Shown here in pieces: positions 37,145 to 50,255 of a stretch of DNA of 51,029 nucleotides. Positions within the stretch are counted from its first letter, which is position 1. Each line of letters begins with the position of its first letter. Below the pieces are notes generated by a model. The model did no database searches and was not told the DNA's origin. It worked only from the letters and a program-made list of their open reading frames with translations. Origin of the DNA: Octopus bimaculoides (taxonomy: Eukaryota); NCBI RefSeq assembly GCF_001194135.2, contig NC_069008.1:101754-152782 (forward strand), written 5' to 3'. Made by a program: the position numbers and the translations under genes.

Positions 37145-38757
37145 CTAATTGCTGGACGTTGTTCCATAATAAATGGCCAAAATAACACCAATGAGAACAA
37201 TAACAACAACTAAAGTCACAAGAAGACAACATTTTTTCTTTCGAACTTTGGTCTGTGGAAAAAAAATAGAAAAACAACAAAAAAAGAAGAAAATTTAGTG
37301 AATAACTTGCGTGGTGCATGCTGGGAAATAGCAATAAAATGACATNNNNNNNNNNNNNNNNNNNNNNNNNNNNNNNNNNNNNNNNNNNNNNNNNNNNNNN
37401 NNNNNNNNNNNNNNNNNNNNNNNNNNNNNNNNNNNNNNNNNNNNNNNNNNNNNNNNNNNNNNNNNNNNNNNNNNNNNNNNNNNNNNNNNNNNNNNNNNNN
37501 NNNNNNNNNNNNNNNNNNNNNNNNNNNNNNNNNNNNNNNNNNNNNNNNNNNNNNNNNNNNNNNNNNNNNNNNNNNNNNNNTATATATATATATATATATA
37601 TGAGGGGGTACCCCAAAGTAACCAGAAATGTTCTCTGTGGGATAAGCCCATTGTAATTTGGGTTTCCACAGCTAGAAGTCACTTGATGCAACCCTCAGGC
37701 ATCAGTCTGTTGACCGGCATGTCTTTGTTTTGCAGTGCTTCTCCCCTGTTCATCGATTTTTGTGATGGCTGAAACAATGGAAAGCAGGATTGCATTAGAT
37801 TCAGTTTTTTGTTGGGTGAAACAATGACCAAAACAGCTGTCATGCTTCTAACAGCTTACAAGGAAGCTGCCATGAGCAAAACACAAGTTTACAATTGGTT
37901 TTTTTTTTTTGTTGTTGTTTTCCATTCCACTTTAGGAATGGTCACTTGAAGACCAACCTTGTTCAAAGCAACGATTGTCGACCTCCTTAACAAATGAAAA
38001 CATCATAAAAATGCATGAACTGATCTTGGAGAGCCATCATCAAATAATTAACGAACTTGTTGATGTGACTGATGTATCATGGAGCTCTTGCTAACAAATT
38101 TTGAGTGAAGAATTTCGAATGAAAAGAGTTCCAGTAAAATTTGTGCCTCACTTGATCGCAGAAGATCAAAAGCAGTCAGGACTGAATGGAAGAGTTGGAC
38201 GTTTGTCTGGACCTTTTTTGCGAAGGTCATCATTGGTGATAAAAGCTGGTAGTACGGAATTTGCAGACGTGGAAGAGGTGAAGAGAAAAACAACGGAGGT
38301 GTTAAGAGGCATCAGTTTGCAAGAGTTCCAGCACTGCTTCGAACAGTGGAGAACGGGTCTGGACTGATGCATTGCTTCAAATGGAGAATACTTTGAAGAC
38401 GATAAAATCAAAAACATTTTAAAAATAAGTGAATAAAATAATATTGCAAAATTCTGGTTTCTTTTGGGGGATCCTCTCTCATATACACACTGGTTAACCT
38501 GTGCTAGCATGGAAAACTGGACATAAAACAAACATGCATGTATCTGTTATCTTTTACTTGTTTCAGTCATTAGACTGTGGCCATGCTGGGGCACCACTTT
38601 CAATTTTTAAACAAATCAATTGACGCCAGTACCTATTTTTTAAGCCTGGTACTTAATCAGTCTCTTTATGATCAACCACTAAGCTACAGGGACGTAAACA
38701 CACCAACACCAGTTGTCAAGTGATGGTGGGAGACACATACATAGATGTATGTACGTA

Positions 38758-38813
<56 letters not shown>

Positions 38814-39219
38814 TATACAGGGGGTGCAATACATATATTAATGTATAGACATATTCAGTATATGAAAATTTCTTCTTGGGTGTGCAATTTCCAGGCATAC
38901 CAGCTCAGGATTTTACAAGCCATTAGCATATAAGTCGTTGGACTGGCTAGCTGACTTGCCTTCAACCCAGGTGGCGAAACATCAATGTCCATCATTTCTA
39001 AATGGGATTGAGGGTGAATCATATCACCTGTCCATGGCATTAAGGTGTCTTAACATCGCTAACATGAGAGTTATATACTCCACTATGACATTGCAGCCAC
39101 CAGAAAATGCACAAAGCATATACATTAGTATATTCATCTAACAATATATATATATATATATATATATATCTATATATATATATATATATGTGTGTNNNNN
39201 NNNNNTATATATATATATC

Positions 39220-39278
<59 letters not shown>

Positions 39279-42200
39279 AATTTCTATTTATATTTAGCAG
39301 AAGCAATAGAGTGACTCAAGATTCGAGAGTTTTGTGCATTAGCCCTTACCATCTGATAACATATGAAACCTCCAGCCACTGAGTCAGTCTCTTGTTTCTG
39401 ATAAATATCAATAAACATATACACAGCTGTGTATATACACTGTATTTTCTGGCTTGAAAGACGACCTCTTGCATTAGAGGCACCTTTACTTTACAAGCGC
39501 ATTCTGGGGCAAAGAAAAGCTAATTTAGTAGGATTCACCACACACCCATACATGTGGTGTAGCATCCATAATACGGTCGCATTAGATGCATAGCATTTAA
39601 GAATAAAAAAGCGGATTTTGTATATACACTATACATATGCACACGTGGTTATTCAGCAATGTTCATTGGCAAGGGCTATAAACGTAAGCAGGAAAATGCT
39701 GCAGTATAGCAGCTTATCATTCAAATTCTCTGGCTTCCTTAGTAAAGCAGAGTCACAGCCCCCACCCCAAGCTACAACAATGAATATCTTAATAAATCGC
39801 ATCAACTCACCTGGTATTCTTTTGCTTTGCTTAGCTGTACAACTCCTTCTTCTATGCTGATCTCAGCACTTACAACGTTTGCTTCAATGCTGTCTGCAAT
39901 GGAGAGAGAGAGAGAGAGAGAAATAGAAAGGAAGAAACCATTTTTTTTTTGTGACCAAGACGTAATTGGATATGTTTAAGGTGAAGTCTTAATCGGATGT
40001 AATTGAACCTCAGAAAAAAATGAAACATCCCTTCTGGAAGGGAACTCAGCCATCAAAAATTTGCCTCAACAAAATTGCACCCAACCCAATCTAGTGTGGG
40101 AAAGGGGACATTAAAACAATGGTGATGATATAATGGGCTTCTTTTAGTTTCCATTTGCTAATCTCCATTGCAAAAAATTGATCAACTCAAAAAACATTTG
40201 CCCCTGGTGCTGGGCTGGGCCGGGAGAGGTGATGGCTTGACTGCATGTCCCAGGAACTGAACCCACAAACTTGTGAATGTACTAAGATAGGGTAAAGTGT
40301 AAAGACCCCCTTTGATCATGAATGGGATTGAACCTAGAAAGTTCCTCTCTCAAGAACATGTCTAGGCAAGGTTGTTCATGGAAGACCAGCAGTCACCCAT
40401 GCACACCAGCCTCCCCCCACTCTCCATGCTACCTATGTTAACCAAAAGGAAAGGCCAAGGGGCCGATATAGCTTGGCACCAGTGACATGTCACAACTCAT
40501 TTCTACAGCTGAGAGAACTGGAGCAACATGAAATAAAGTGTCTTGCTCAAGAACACAACACACAATGCAGCCTGGGAATTGAACTCACTACCTCATGATT
40601 GTAAGCTCAATGTTCTAACCAGTGAGCCATCAGCTACTCAGCCATAAAATGTAGCTTCAAAGTTCCTGTCCAACTCATGCCAACAGACAACAAATGTAAA
40701 TCACACAAATTGTCTCCAAGATAACTCGTTAGTCTATAACGAATGTCATGTTTCCCCAGATGTTCTGGAAACAATCCCCACCACCACCACCACCACCATC
40801 AGAGTGAAGAAAGGGAATGTAGAATATGGTGTTTTGTCACACGACAGGAGGCAAGGTCTGTGGCTCGGTCACTCGGTCAGGCACCCTAATTTCCCCCATC
40901 ATGTAGGACATTGTTACATGTGGGCCCTACTTTAACTCCCACTACATGGTCATGTGACTGCAGTCCATGCTTTATGGAAACCAAGGAAACGGAGCTGTGG
41001 CACTCCACACACACTTCCATGCATGCACACCACTCATGAGTTCCCTTATACACACACACACGCTTCCACACATGCCCACCCCACATAAGTTCCTTTATAC
41101 ATATACACACACACACTACCACACATGCCACCCCCCCATGAGTTCCTTAATATACACACGCACACAAACACGCTTCCTCACATGCCCACTCCTCAGGGGT
41201 CTTCTTATATATACACACACACACACACACATGCCCACTCCGCCTCATACACACCCACACACATACTTCCACACACGCCCACCCCTCATGAGTTCTCATA
41301 TACACACAGACACCCCCTACCCTGCATCCACACACACCCACACCCCATGGCTTACCGATTCCTTCTCCTTGTTCATGCACCATGACTCCAAGTTCTTTAA
41401 ATATTTGGTTCACATCTCGAATATCACTCTAACAACAGAAAAAAGAAAAAAAAAACAAAAGTAAATAAATATTAATACACATATCTAGTCTTTTTTGTCT
41501 GTCAATGTGTCTGCTTGTCTGCCCGTCTGTGCCTGTGTCTGTCTACCTGGCTATCTGCTTGTCTGTCTGTCTGTCTGCCTGTCTGCCTGCCTGTCTGTCT
41601 ATCTACCCTTCTGTCTGTTTGTATACCCTTCACCTGTCTGCTTGCCTGTTTGTCTATCAACCTACCTACCTGCCTGCTTACCTATCTATACATATACACC
41701 TGCATGTATCTCTATATCTCTATATATATGTAATTAAGATAGGGATAAAACCAACGTAGAACCAAGGACAACACATCAGTGTAGGTATGGTGTAGGGAAG
41801 AGAGATTGAACACTCACCTCTAGTTTCATTATTGCCTCTTCTCGTTCTTGGATCAATTGTAAGTCGACATCTTCTTCCATCTGTAACACCTGCTTTGTTT
41901 GAGAGAACCTGCAGATTTAAAAAGCGTATATATATACATATATTATATATATATATATTATATATATATATACACATACAAATATATATATTTATATATA
42001 TATAAATGGACAGATTGTCGCAAATGCAGATACGAACAGCTTTATCAACAGTGCAAAAGTGGGCAGCTGAGTTTAGAAGAGGAATCAGGTCGGGGGGGGG
42101 GGTCTTGAAGATGACCCAATCTCTGAACATCCTGCAAAAGCCTGGCACTTTGAGTCCTCTGTTACAGCTTTCGAGTTCATCCCATACCCTAATAAGTGGA

Positions 42201-45200
42201 TGGAGGGAAACTGTGTGTAGACCCTTAATTCAAAGGTTCAACATTGTGTATCTTATTGATTTTGCCTGACAATTACATTGAAGGTCTGTGAGATACTCAG
42301 CCACTTGCTCTTTAATTCAACAGAGAAAAAGAAGAATTTAGTGTTTTGAACAAATGGAATACTTGTGGCTGAAACTAACAGAGAGATATATAGACAGAAA
42401 TGGCATTTACACACACAAGCATACATGCACATATACAGACCTCCACACACACACACAAAACACTCACCCTCCAACATTAACCAGATGATCATCACTGCTC
42501 TTCTCTTCAGCAAAATCCTGCATAAAAGGGAAAAAAAAAAAGAAAGAAAATTTAATTAAAAATCATTAAAAAAAAATCAAAATAATCATTTAAATTGGTG
42601 ATCTTAATGATATATGAACATGTATTATAAATTTTAAACTCTGCAATATCAACAAGACAAATTTTCTATGGCTGGATGCCTTTCCTATCACCAACCTTCA
42701 CCTGTTTCCTTGCAAGGGTATACTTCCCTGTGGCCAGACATGTTTTCACAGAAGATTGGAAACAAAGAGTAACACTTGTATGACAGTGACAAGACAAAGA
42801 GGCACCTGTCCCACCTTACACACATGTAGAAATACACACATACATGTGTGTGGGCGGGTGGTGTGTATGTAGTTTATTTTATTGAACCTGAAGCTCTGAG
42901 TTGGCCTCATTTCTTGACTCTCATGCCATTGTGATCTTCAGGCAAAACTGTCACGACCTGGTATTGGTGATAGATAGACACAGTAAAGATAGATAAGTAG
43001 ATAGTAAAGACAGATAGATAGGCTAGTTAGAAGGTAAAGAAACAGAGAGAGAGAGAGAGAGAGATCCACTGATGTAGGCTTATTCAGTACTGATATTGAA
43101 TCATAATAGTTCTCATCTGAAGATCACAATTGCATGAGACTCTAGTGGCAAGACAAATCTCAGCTCCAGTTTCAATAATAAAAAAGAAATGCATCCTCTA
43201 GGACGTATATTGAGTACTACATTATCATGTTTGCTTGATATAAAATTGTATAATATATACATAAGTATAATAAATATATACATCATACATACAAATACAC
43301 ACATATGCATATATACATGCACACACACACACATATACATACACACATATGCATATATACATACACACATATATACATACACATATATATATACATACAT
43401 ATATACATAAACATATATGATGGGCTTCTTTCAGTTTCCATCTATCCAATCCACTCATAAGGCTTGGATCAACTCAAGGCTATAGAAGAAGACACTTGTC
43501 CAAGGTGGCATGCAGTGGGACTGAACCTGGAATCAGGTAGTTGGAAAGCCAACTTCTTAACCACAGAGCCGCCCCACATACATTCTCCGGTTTGCTTACT
43601 CGAAATCTGACTCACCATGGGCCCATAACCAGAATGGGCACGAGCCCGGTGCACACTGGCTCGTTCCTTCTCAGCGGCAGTTCTCTGCACTGTCTGGAAA
43701 TTATTCAAAGCATCGCTGAACTCGGAACGCAGTCGTTCATTCTGCATCTTACGCTGACGCTGAAAAAGGAAAAGAAAAGGAAGATTAAAGGGAGATAATC
43801 ACAAGTGGCGGTGGGGGGAGGGGGAGTTGGAGGATGCTGATGCATTTTCCCCATCACCCAGTAAACAAATAAAAAAAAACAACAACAAAACCACCGCCAC
43901 AATAATAACTGCAAGGCCAGCAATTTTGGGGGAGGGGCTAATTATATTAACCCCAGTATTCAACTGGTACTTGTTTTATCGACCCAGGAAGGATGAAAGG
44001 CAAAGTCAACCTGGGTGGAATTTGAACTCAGGAAGTAAAGACCGATGAAATGCGACGAAGCATTTCGCCCAACGTGAAAATGATTCTGCCAAGTGACATT
44101 GTTAGAACTCTTTTATTCTTTTACTTGTTTCAGTCATTTGACTGTGGCCATTCTGGAGCACTGCCTCAAAGGGTGTTAGTCGACGAAACCGACCCCAGGA
44201 CTTATTCTTTGTTCTATTGGTCCCTCTTGCTGAACTTCTAATTTGGAACAAATGGAAACACGAAACAGGGACATAAACACACCAACATTGGTTGCCAAGT
44301 GATGGTGGGGGGATAAACACAGACACAAATCTTTAGATATAAATATTTTTATGCAATTTCTTCCGTTGGTGGCACAATTCCCACCAACGGGGTTTCAGGA
44401 CATGCCGGCAGCGTCCCGTTTTTCCTTTTTTTTTCTCTCTTTCCCTTGGGCCCCACAGCCACGCCTACACCTATACATATAAGAAGAGTGCGGTTACCTG
44501 GTCAGATGCAGAGGCTGGTTGCGGGAAGTGTGCCAATTCTTTGAGGTAAGAAGTTGTTTCTTTTGCCAGTTGGTTGGTATAATGTTGGATCTCATGCCTG
44601 AAACACAACGCAATTAACAGTGGCGTTAATTAATGAATTCATCGTTAATTAGAGAGGGGACAATAACCATGCTGCTATCTTTTATTGGTTTCATCATTAG
44701 GTCTGTGGCCAGGCTGGGGCAGTACATTGAGGAATTTTAGTTCAATGATTTGACCTCAGAACTTACTATTTTAGGCCATTAAGTTACAGGGACAAACACA
44801 CACACACATGTATAGATATACATTATTATATATATATATATATATATATATACATACATACACACATAATACATACATACATATACACATAATATATACA
44901 TGTACACACACATAATACATATATATATATATANNNNNNNNNNNNNNNNNNNNNNNNNNNNNNNNNNNNNNNNNNNNNNNNNNNNNNNNNNNNNNNNNNN
45001 NNNNNNNNNNNNNNNNNNNNNNNNNNNNNNNNNNNNNNNNNNNNNNNNNNNNNNNNTACATATATACACAATACATACATATATACATATATATATACAC
45101 ACATAATACATATCTATATATAGACACGTAATACATATATACACACATACATAATACACTGTCTCCGATGAAGGGATATAATAAATATCCTGGAAACAGC

Positions 45201-47283
45201 TGTAAGACCTGTTTATAAATGTTCTAGAATCTTCACAGCCTTGGCTTTTTTTTTTATCTCATTCTGAAAAAAAATTTTATACATATACATATATATATAT
45301 ATATACATCCGAGTTTTCAACAGGTCTTGTTTTTAATCCTGCTGGGTTTCTAGCAACCCTCCTCACCAGGGTAGCCTGGTGGGGGTGCCAGTTTAGTCAA
45401 TCAATGAACTCGAGGATCCCAATGACCCTCAACATCAGCAGCCAATCGACAGGCGCAGGCTCAGAACAAGTCTATTCACTCTGTTCTTGCCAGAAGCCAC
45501 CCAAATTTTGACAAATTCACTTGGAGAGAGAGATCGAGGGGGAAGGGAGAGAGAAAGAGAGGGGAGCATAGAGGAGAGACAAGAAAAGTATGGGGTGAGA
45601 AGGACAGAGATAGAGAAACAAAGAGAGAGAAGGATAGAGAAAGAGGGGAGAGAGAGAAAGGGCAGCCCCTTCTCCATCTTGATTTGCCTTTCCAGGTGGA
45701 ATATTTAAAAATTTGAAAATGGGGTTTGGTTAAAATCAACATTGATATTCTACAGACAATACAGAACAACAACAACAACAGCATTACTTACAGTTTGTCT
45801 CGTAAATCTGTAGAATCTTTTGCAGTTCCAATATGTTGAACCATTCTTTGTAGTTCAGCAACTGTGGAGTGGAGGAGAGAGTGTGGAGTGAATATGAGTG
45901 GAGGAGTGAGTGTGAGTGGAGAGTGAGTTAAATGAGGAAATGAAGTGGGAGGGGAAGGCGAAACTGAAGAATAATGAGATGCGATGGTGTAGGTAAGGCA
46001 GCAACTTTGTAACGGCAAATTTTGGGGTTCAGTTCCTCTGCATGTCACCTTGGGTGAGAGTGTCTTGCACTTTAGCAGCATTGGGTCACCAAAAGCCTTG
46101 GGAGTGGATAACCTCAGTGGTGCTGGTGCCACATAAAAACACTCCAGTCCATTCTGTAACGAGGCTGACATTAGGAAGGATATCCAGCTGTAGAGACCAT
46201 GCCGAAACAGGCAATGGAGTCTGACAGTCCTGTCAAAGCATCCGATCCATGCCAGCATAGAAAATGGGCAGTAAAAGATGACGATATACACATAGAGTCT
46301 ATTTCAGCTTCAGATACACTGCACAACATCCCAGCAAATGGTCAGATCCTAGTCAGGGGCAGTGGGGGGATGGCAGTAGTAAAGTGGGGCAGGGGAAAGA
46401 GCTGGTGGTCAAGGATGATTGGGAATTGAAAACGTGGTGCTTACCATTTTTAACAATCTTCTGGATGTTATTGCTGACGGATTTGGAGAGCCTGGCAAAC
46501 TCATTCTCGTTTTCACTATCTGTTTAGTAAAAGAAAACAAAAATAATAATAATGATAATAACAACAACAATCCTTTCTATTATAGGCACAAGGCCAGAAA
46601 TGCTGGAACGGGGAGGTGGGGTGGTTGGTTACTTTGACCCCAGTGTGCAACTGGTACTTATTTCCCTGAGCCTGAAAGGATGAGAAGCAATGCTCGAATG
46701 ATTTTGCCAACCATTATCAAGCATAGTGGAGGACGGGGTACTTCAGTCATCTGCACAACTTTATATATATATATACACACACACACGAATATATACATAC
46801 AAATATATATATGCATATATATATTTATTATGTAACTGTGTGGTAAGAAGTCTGCTTTCCAACCACATGGTTCCTAGTTCAGTCCCTCTGCATGGCACCT
46901 TGGACAAGTGTCTTTTACTATAGGCAGGGATCAATCAAAGTCTTGTGAGTGGATTTGGTAGACAAAAACTGAAGGAAGCCCATCACATATATATGTGTAT
47001 ATATACACACACACGTGTGTGTTGTGTGTGTCCTAACCACTTAAGCCAGGATTCTTTACTCAAAACCCATGGGATAAGGCTTACAAAACCCAAAGTATAA
47101 ATACTAGAGTAAGGAAACTCATTTAAAACCCGTTAACTGGCTGTGCCTCAGGGTGGCCAGAGTTCAACCCTGGACATCAGGGGCAGAATATAAGAGAAAA
47201 GAATACTTACAGCTGTAGCTTTGTCCACCCGACTGGTATGAGGAATAGCCTCGGTCATTGCCAAGTTGCCCGTACGATGCCAT
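37145..47283 (-). CDS. STX7/STX12: Syntaxin-7/12-like endosomal Qa-SNARE, 10 coding exons, 288 aa with the proximal last exon
   Basis: Exons: 47283-47211, 46519-46445, 45861-45792, 44597-44498, 43759-43616, 42517-42468, 41908-41818, 41428-41356, 39893-39811, 37252-37145 (867 nt, all GT-AG, phases consistent). Peptide MASYGQLGND...NNIQKIVKNVAELQRMVQHIGTAKDSTDLRDKLHEIQHYTNQLAKET...[42 protein letters not shown]...TKVRKKKCCLLVTLVVVIVLIGVILAIYYGTTSSN*. STX7 versus STX12 cannot be resolved by eye. Confidence 0.93.
37599..38483 (+). mobile_element. Internally deleted mariner element with both TIRs
   Basis: Left tatgagggggtaccccaaagtaaccagaa versus right ttctggtttcttttgggggatcctctctcata. Peptides AYKEAAMSKTQVYNW, MKRVPVKFVPHL and FQHCFEQW...CIASNGEYFE. 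Confidence 0.85.
38545..38735 (+). mobile_element. SINE-like repeat, family F (cttttacttgtttcagtcatt.gactgtggccatgctgg.gcac...)
   Basis: Recurs at ~33240-33330, 44110-44330 and 44680-44800. Confidence 0.7.
41010..41340. repeat. CA-rich minisatellite, ~6 units of ~45-55 bp
   Basis: Recurring cacatgcccac.cc...catgagttc.ttatatacacacac, starting just past the exon-8 donor at 41355. Confidence 0.75.
42005..42195 (+). mobile_element. Short mariner fragment (HTH region)
   Basis: ALSTVQKWAAEFRRG...LEDDP; same family as 48188-49014. Confidence 0.65.
45161..45208 (+). ncRNA. Degenerate hammerhead-like motif (different family from the 34.7-35.1 kb pair)
   Basis: GUCU-CCGAUGA-A-GGGAUAU-aauaa-AUAUCCU-G-GAA-ACAGCUGU-A-AGAC: 4-bp helix I, 7-bp helix II, palindromic helix III and a GUA site. 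The core has U4->C and an extra G. Confidence 0.45.
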
Positions 47284-47464
47284 GACTGGTCAACACCACG
47301 CGGGATGAAGAAACCTTGCTGGATGCCTCTCTGCTATGAATGATACCTGCTAGATGCTCACCAGATGTGTACTGGATACAAGGGTCGTCTATGTGTTCAC
47401 CAGATGTAAGGGGTCTGCTTGATGTCCAGCAGATGTGTATGTTTGGCAAGGAAATCAGATTAAT
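47284..47464 (-). other. STX7/STX12: 5' UTR part of the first coding exon of the syntaxin gene
   Basis: Acceptor ttctttttattttcag|A at 47464 with an in-frame TGA near the start. This implies an upstream non-coding exon that was not located. Confidence 0.65.
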
Positions 47465-48187
47465 CTGAAAATAAAAAGAAATTATTGGGGTGAAAATAAA
47501 ATGAATGCATATATACACACACACATATTTTCTGACAGACCACAAGTTCCGAGTTCAGTGATTGAATGACACAGTGAATTTTATAGACCTTTGGTGATTT
47601 GGTGTGCCTGAGAGGACACATCAAGTTAAGTGAAATCATAGTCAGTGTCACAGAACTGGCACCTGTGCCAGTGACATGTAAAAAACCCTAGCCAAGAGTT
47701 GGGCCTCGGGGAAGCAATGAGGTCAATGCCAGTGTTGTGCCAGTGGCACGTAAAAAGCATCTTTCAAGTATTGTGCCTCACAGAGGTAACTGCTACCCAT
47801 GCCGGTGGCACATAAAAAGGACCCGTTACACTCTTGGAGTGGATGGCATTAGGAAGGGTATCCAGCGGTAGAAACCATGCCAGATCAGACTAGAACCTGA
47901 TGCAGCCCCTCAGCTTACCAGCCCTGGTTAAACCATCCAACGTCATTCTCTCCACTTCAACAAACAAACATTGTGCTACAGGTATAACAACAACAAGGAT
48001 ACCAGGTGTTCTGTCTTAGTCCACTTTGCTTGGTTCTACAGTGGTCTGGACCAAAATCTGCAGATGCACAAAATTAGACTGGTCAGCAGACAAAGTCCAC
48101 AATGTCCAGTCTGTATTATTATTACTCACTAATAGATTCAGACTAGAATTTGTCCGTCTGTCTCTGTCTGCATCTATGTACCTCTCC

Positions 48188-49014
48188 ATGAGGGTGGGCT
48201 GAAAAGTTCATAGGCTGGCTGAGAAGGAGTTATCATAATACAGTAATTAAACTTGGCATGCATTAAATTCAACCTTTACTGATGCTCACTGCATGTTTTC
48301 TTTCCAGATAAATCCACATTCAGTCCAGAATTGAGGACTTGGAAAAGTAGTACTAGAGACATTTCATGAAAGTGGATAAAATTTGGCACCATGGTGTTAT
48401 CAAATATCTGCAGAAAAAGGGGTTAGCATCAAAGGACACCCCTGCTGACATGGTTATTACATTAGGGGATAATGCTCCAGTTTTATCAACTGTGCAGAAA
48501 AGGGCAGGGATAGAGAGAGACTTGAAGATGACCCAAGGTTCAGACATTTTGCTACAGCCACCACCCAAGAAAACATTGATGTGTTCACCACATGGTGATG
48601 GATGAGAGGATTAAATGTTCATCAGACAGCTAATAGGGTCCTGCCCCACGGGGACAATGCTCCTGCACACAAGTCTGACATTGCAATGGCTGCTGTGCAC
48701 AACTGTGGCTTTCAACTGGTTGATCCCCCTCCATATTCTCCTGATTTGGTATTATCTGACTACTTTCTGTTCTCCAACAAGAAAAAAACACTTGGCTGGG
48801 AAGCAGGACCATCCCAATGATGAGGTCATATCTGCTGTTGAGCACTTTTATGAGGATCTGGATGAGGGCTTCTATACCACGGGAATCCAAGTGCTGCAAC
48901 ACCAATGCAAGAAGTGTATGGACTGCAGGGGGACACTATGTCGAAAAATAAAATACATTTCGTCAAGTTCGACCATTGCATCGTGGACAGCTTATGAACT
49001 CGTACTCACCTGTA
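48188..49014 (+). mobile_element. Internally deleted mariner element
   Basis: TIR-like atgagggtgggctgaaaagttcataggctg versus cagcttatgaactcgtactcacc. Peptides DKIWHHGVIKYLQKKGL and HGDNAPAHKS...PPYSPDLVLSDYFLF. Confidence 0.85.
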
Positions 49015-49599
49015 TCTTTATACCTATACACCTACTTATTTATCTGTATTTATATACCTATCGATCTATCTATATTTCATGAGATCTAATGATCCATTTC
49101 TTTATTGACCTATCTCTGTGTCTATCCGCCTACCTGTCTGTGTGTGTGTCTGTCTAAATTTCTGATCCTCTCTCCGTTTCGCTCACGTATCTCTCAGGCC
49201 ACCTCCTTCGCCACCTTCCACTCATGTCTTACTTTCTTTCCAGCCATCAAACAACTTTATGTACAGCCACCACCACCAACATATAAGCACACAGTTGACC
49301 TTTGTTCCACACATGGGACAAACAGACAGACTGATATGTTGTCAACGAGAATCACATGACTGTAACTCGATTTTTCTGATTTCACACACACACACACACA
49401 CACACACATAGACACAGAGTAAGGCAGACATGAAAGTATAGAGAAATCCGTGTATGTATATCAGAGTGTCCTCNNNNNNNNNNGTGTCCTCATATGCACC
49501 GGGGCAGTTCATACGAGGACACTGGAAATCGAGCCTCTAAAATGCCCAAATGACTCATTAGAAGCTTTTGTTACCTAGGAGATATAATTAGCAAGGCAC

Positions 49600-50255
49600 G
49601 GGGGGGGGGGCCTGAAAGCCAGAGTAAGAAGTGGATGGGTAAAGCTCAGGAAGTGACAACGGTTGCTGGCAATGAAGGGCTTTTCCCTCAGAGTGAAAGG
49701 CAGACAGTATGATGCTTGTGTCAGAACCGCAATGCTGCATGGTAGTGAGCCATGGGCCTTGAAAGCAGAGGACAAGAGGAGAGTGGAGAGAGAAATGAAA
49801 TGAGTCTGTAATCATAGATGTGCAATGTGAGTGTGGACGAAAGAATTATAGAAGGGTGCTGAGTTAAAAAAACAGGGAATTAGAGGAATAAGTCATTGAG
49901 TGCAAGAAAAAAATGGTTTCACTGGTATAAACACAGGGGTCCTCTAGATGAGGAGAACTGTATAAAGAAGTTCTGTTTACTAAATGGGGCTGGAACTTTT
50001 CTTTCAGGGCACTCACACTCTGTGATGTGTGCACACTGACATTACACATCCATCGGAGCATACTGGCTTCATTCCTTGCGAGCTTATGCATGGCCTCAGC
50101 AGTCACAACCCATGTTTCACTGCCATGTAGCATGGCTGTTCACTCATGCATCATACAGTCTACCTTTCATCCTGAGCGAGAGGCCCTTTGTTACCAACAG
50201 AGATAGGAGCTCTCTGAACTTTGCCCAGGCTATTCTTACTCTAGCAGCTACACTC
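49600..50255. mobile_element. Converging inverted pair of RTE LINE fragments (49600-49985 +, 49995-50255 -)
   Basis: Both encode variants of KGLSLRVKGRLYDACVRTAMLHGSETW on opposite strands. Confidence 0.8.

Noticed and set aside
37216-37320. Alternative acceptor at 37320 giving HAPRKLFTKFSSFFVVFLFFFHRPK...*
   Set aside because: The hydrophobic stretch is just the polypyrimidine tract of the real 37252 acceptor read as codons.
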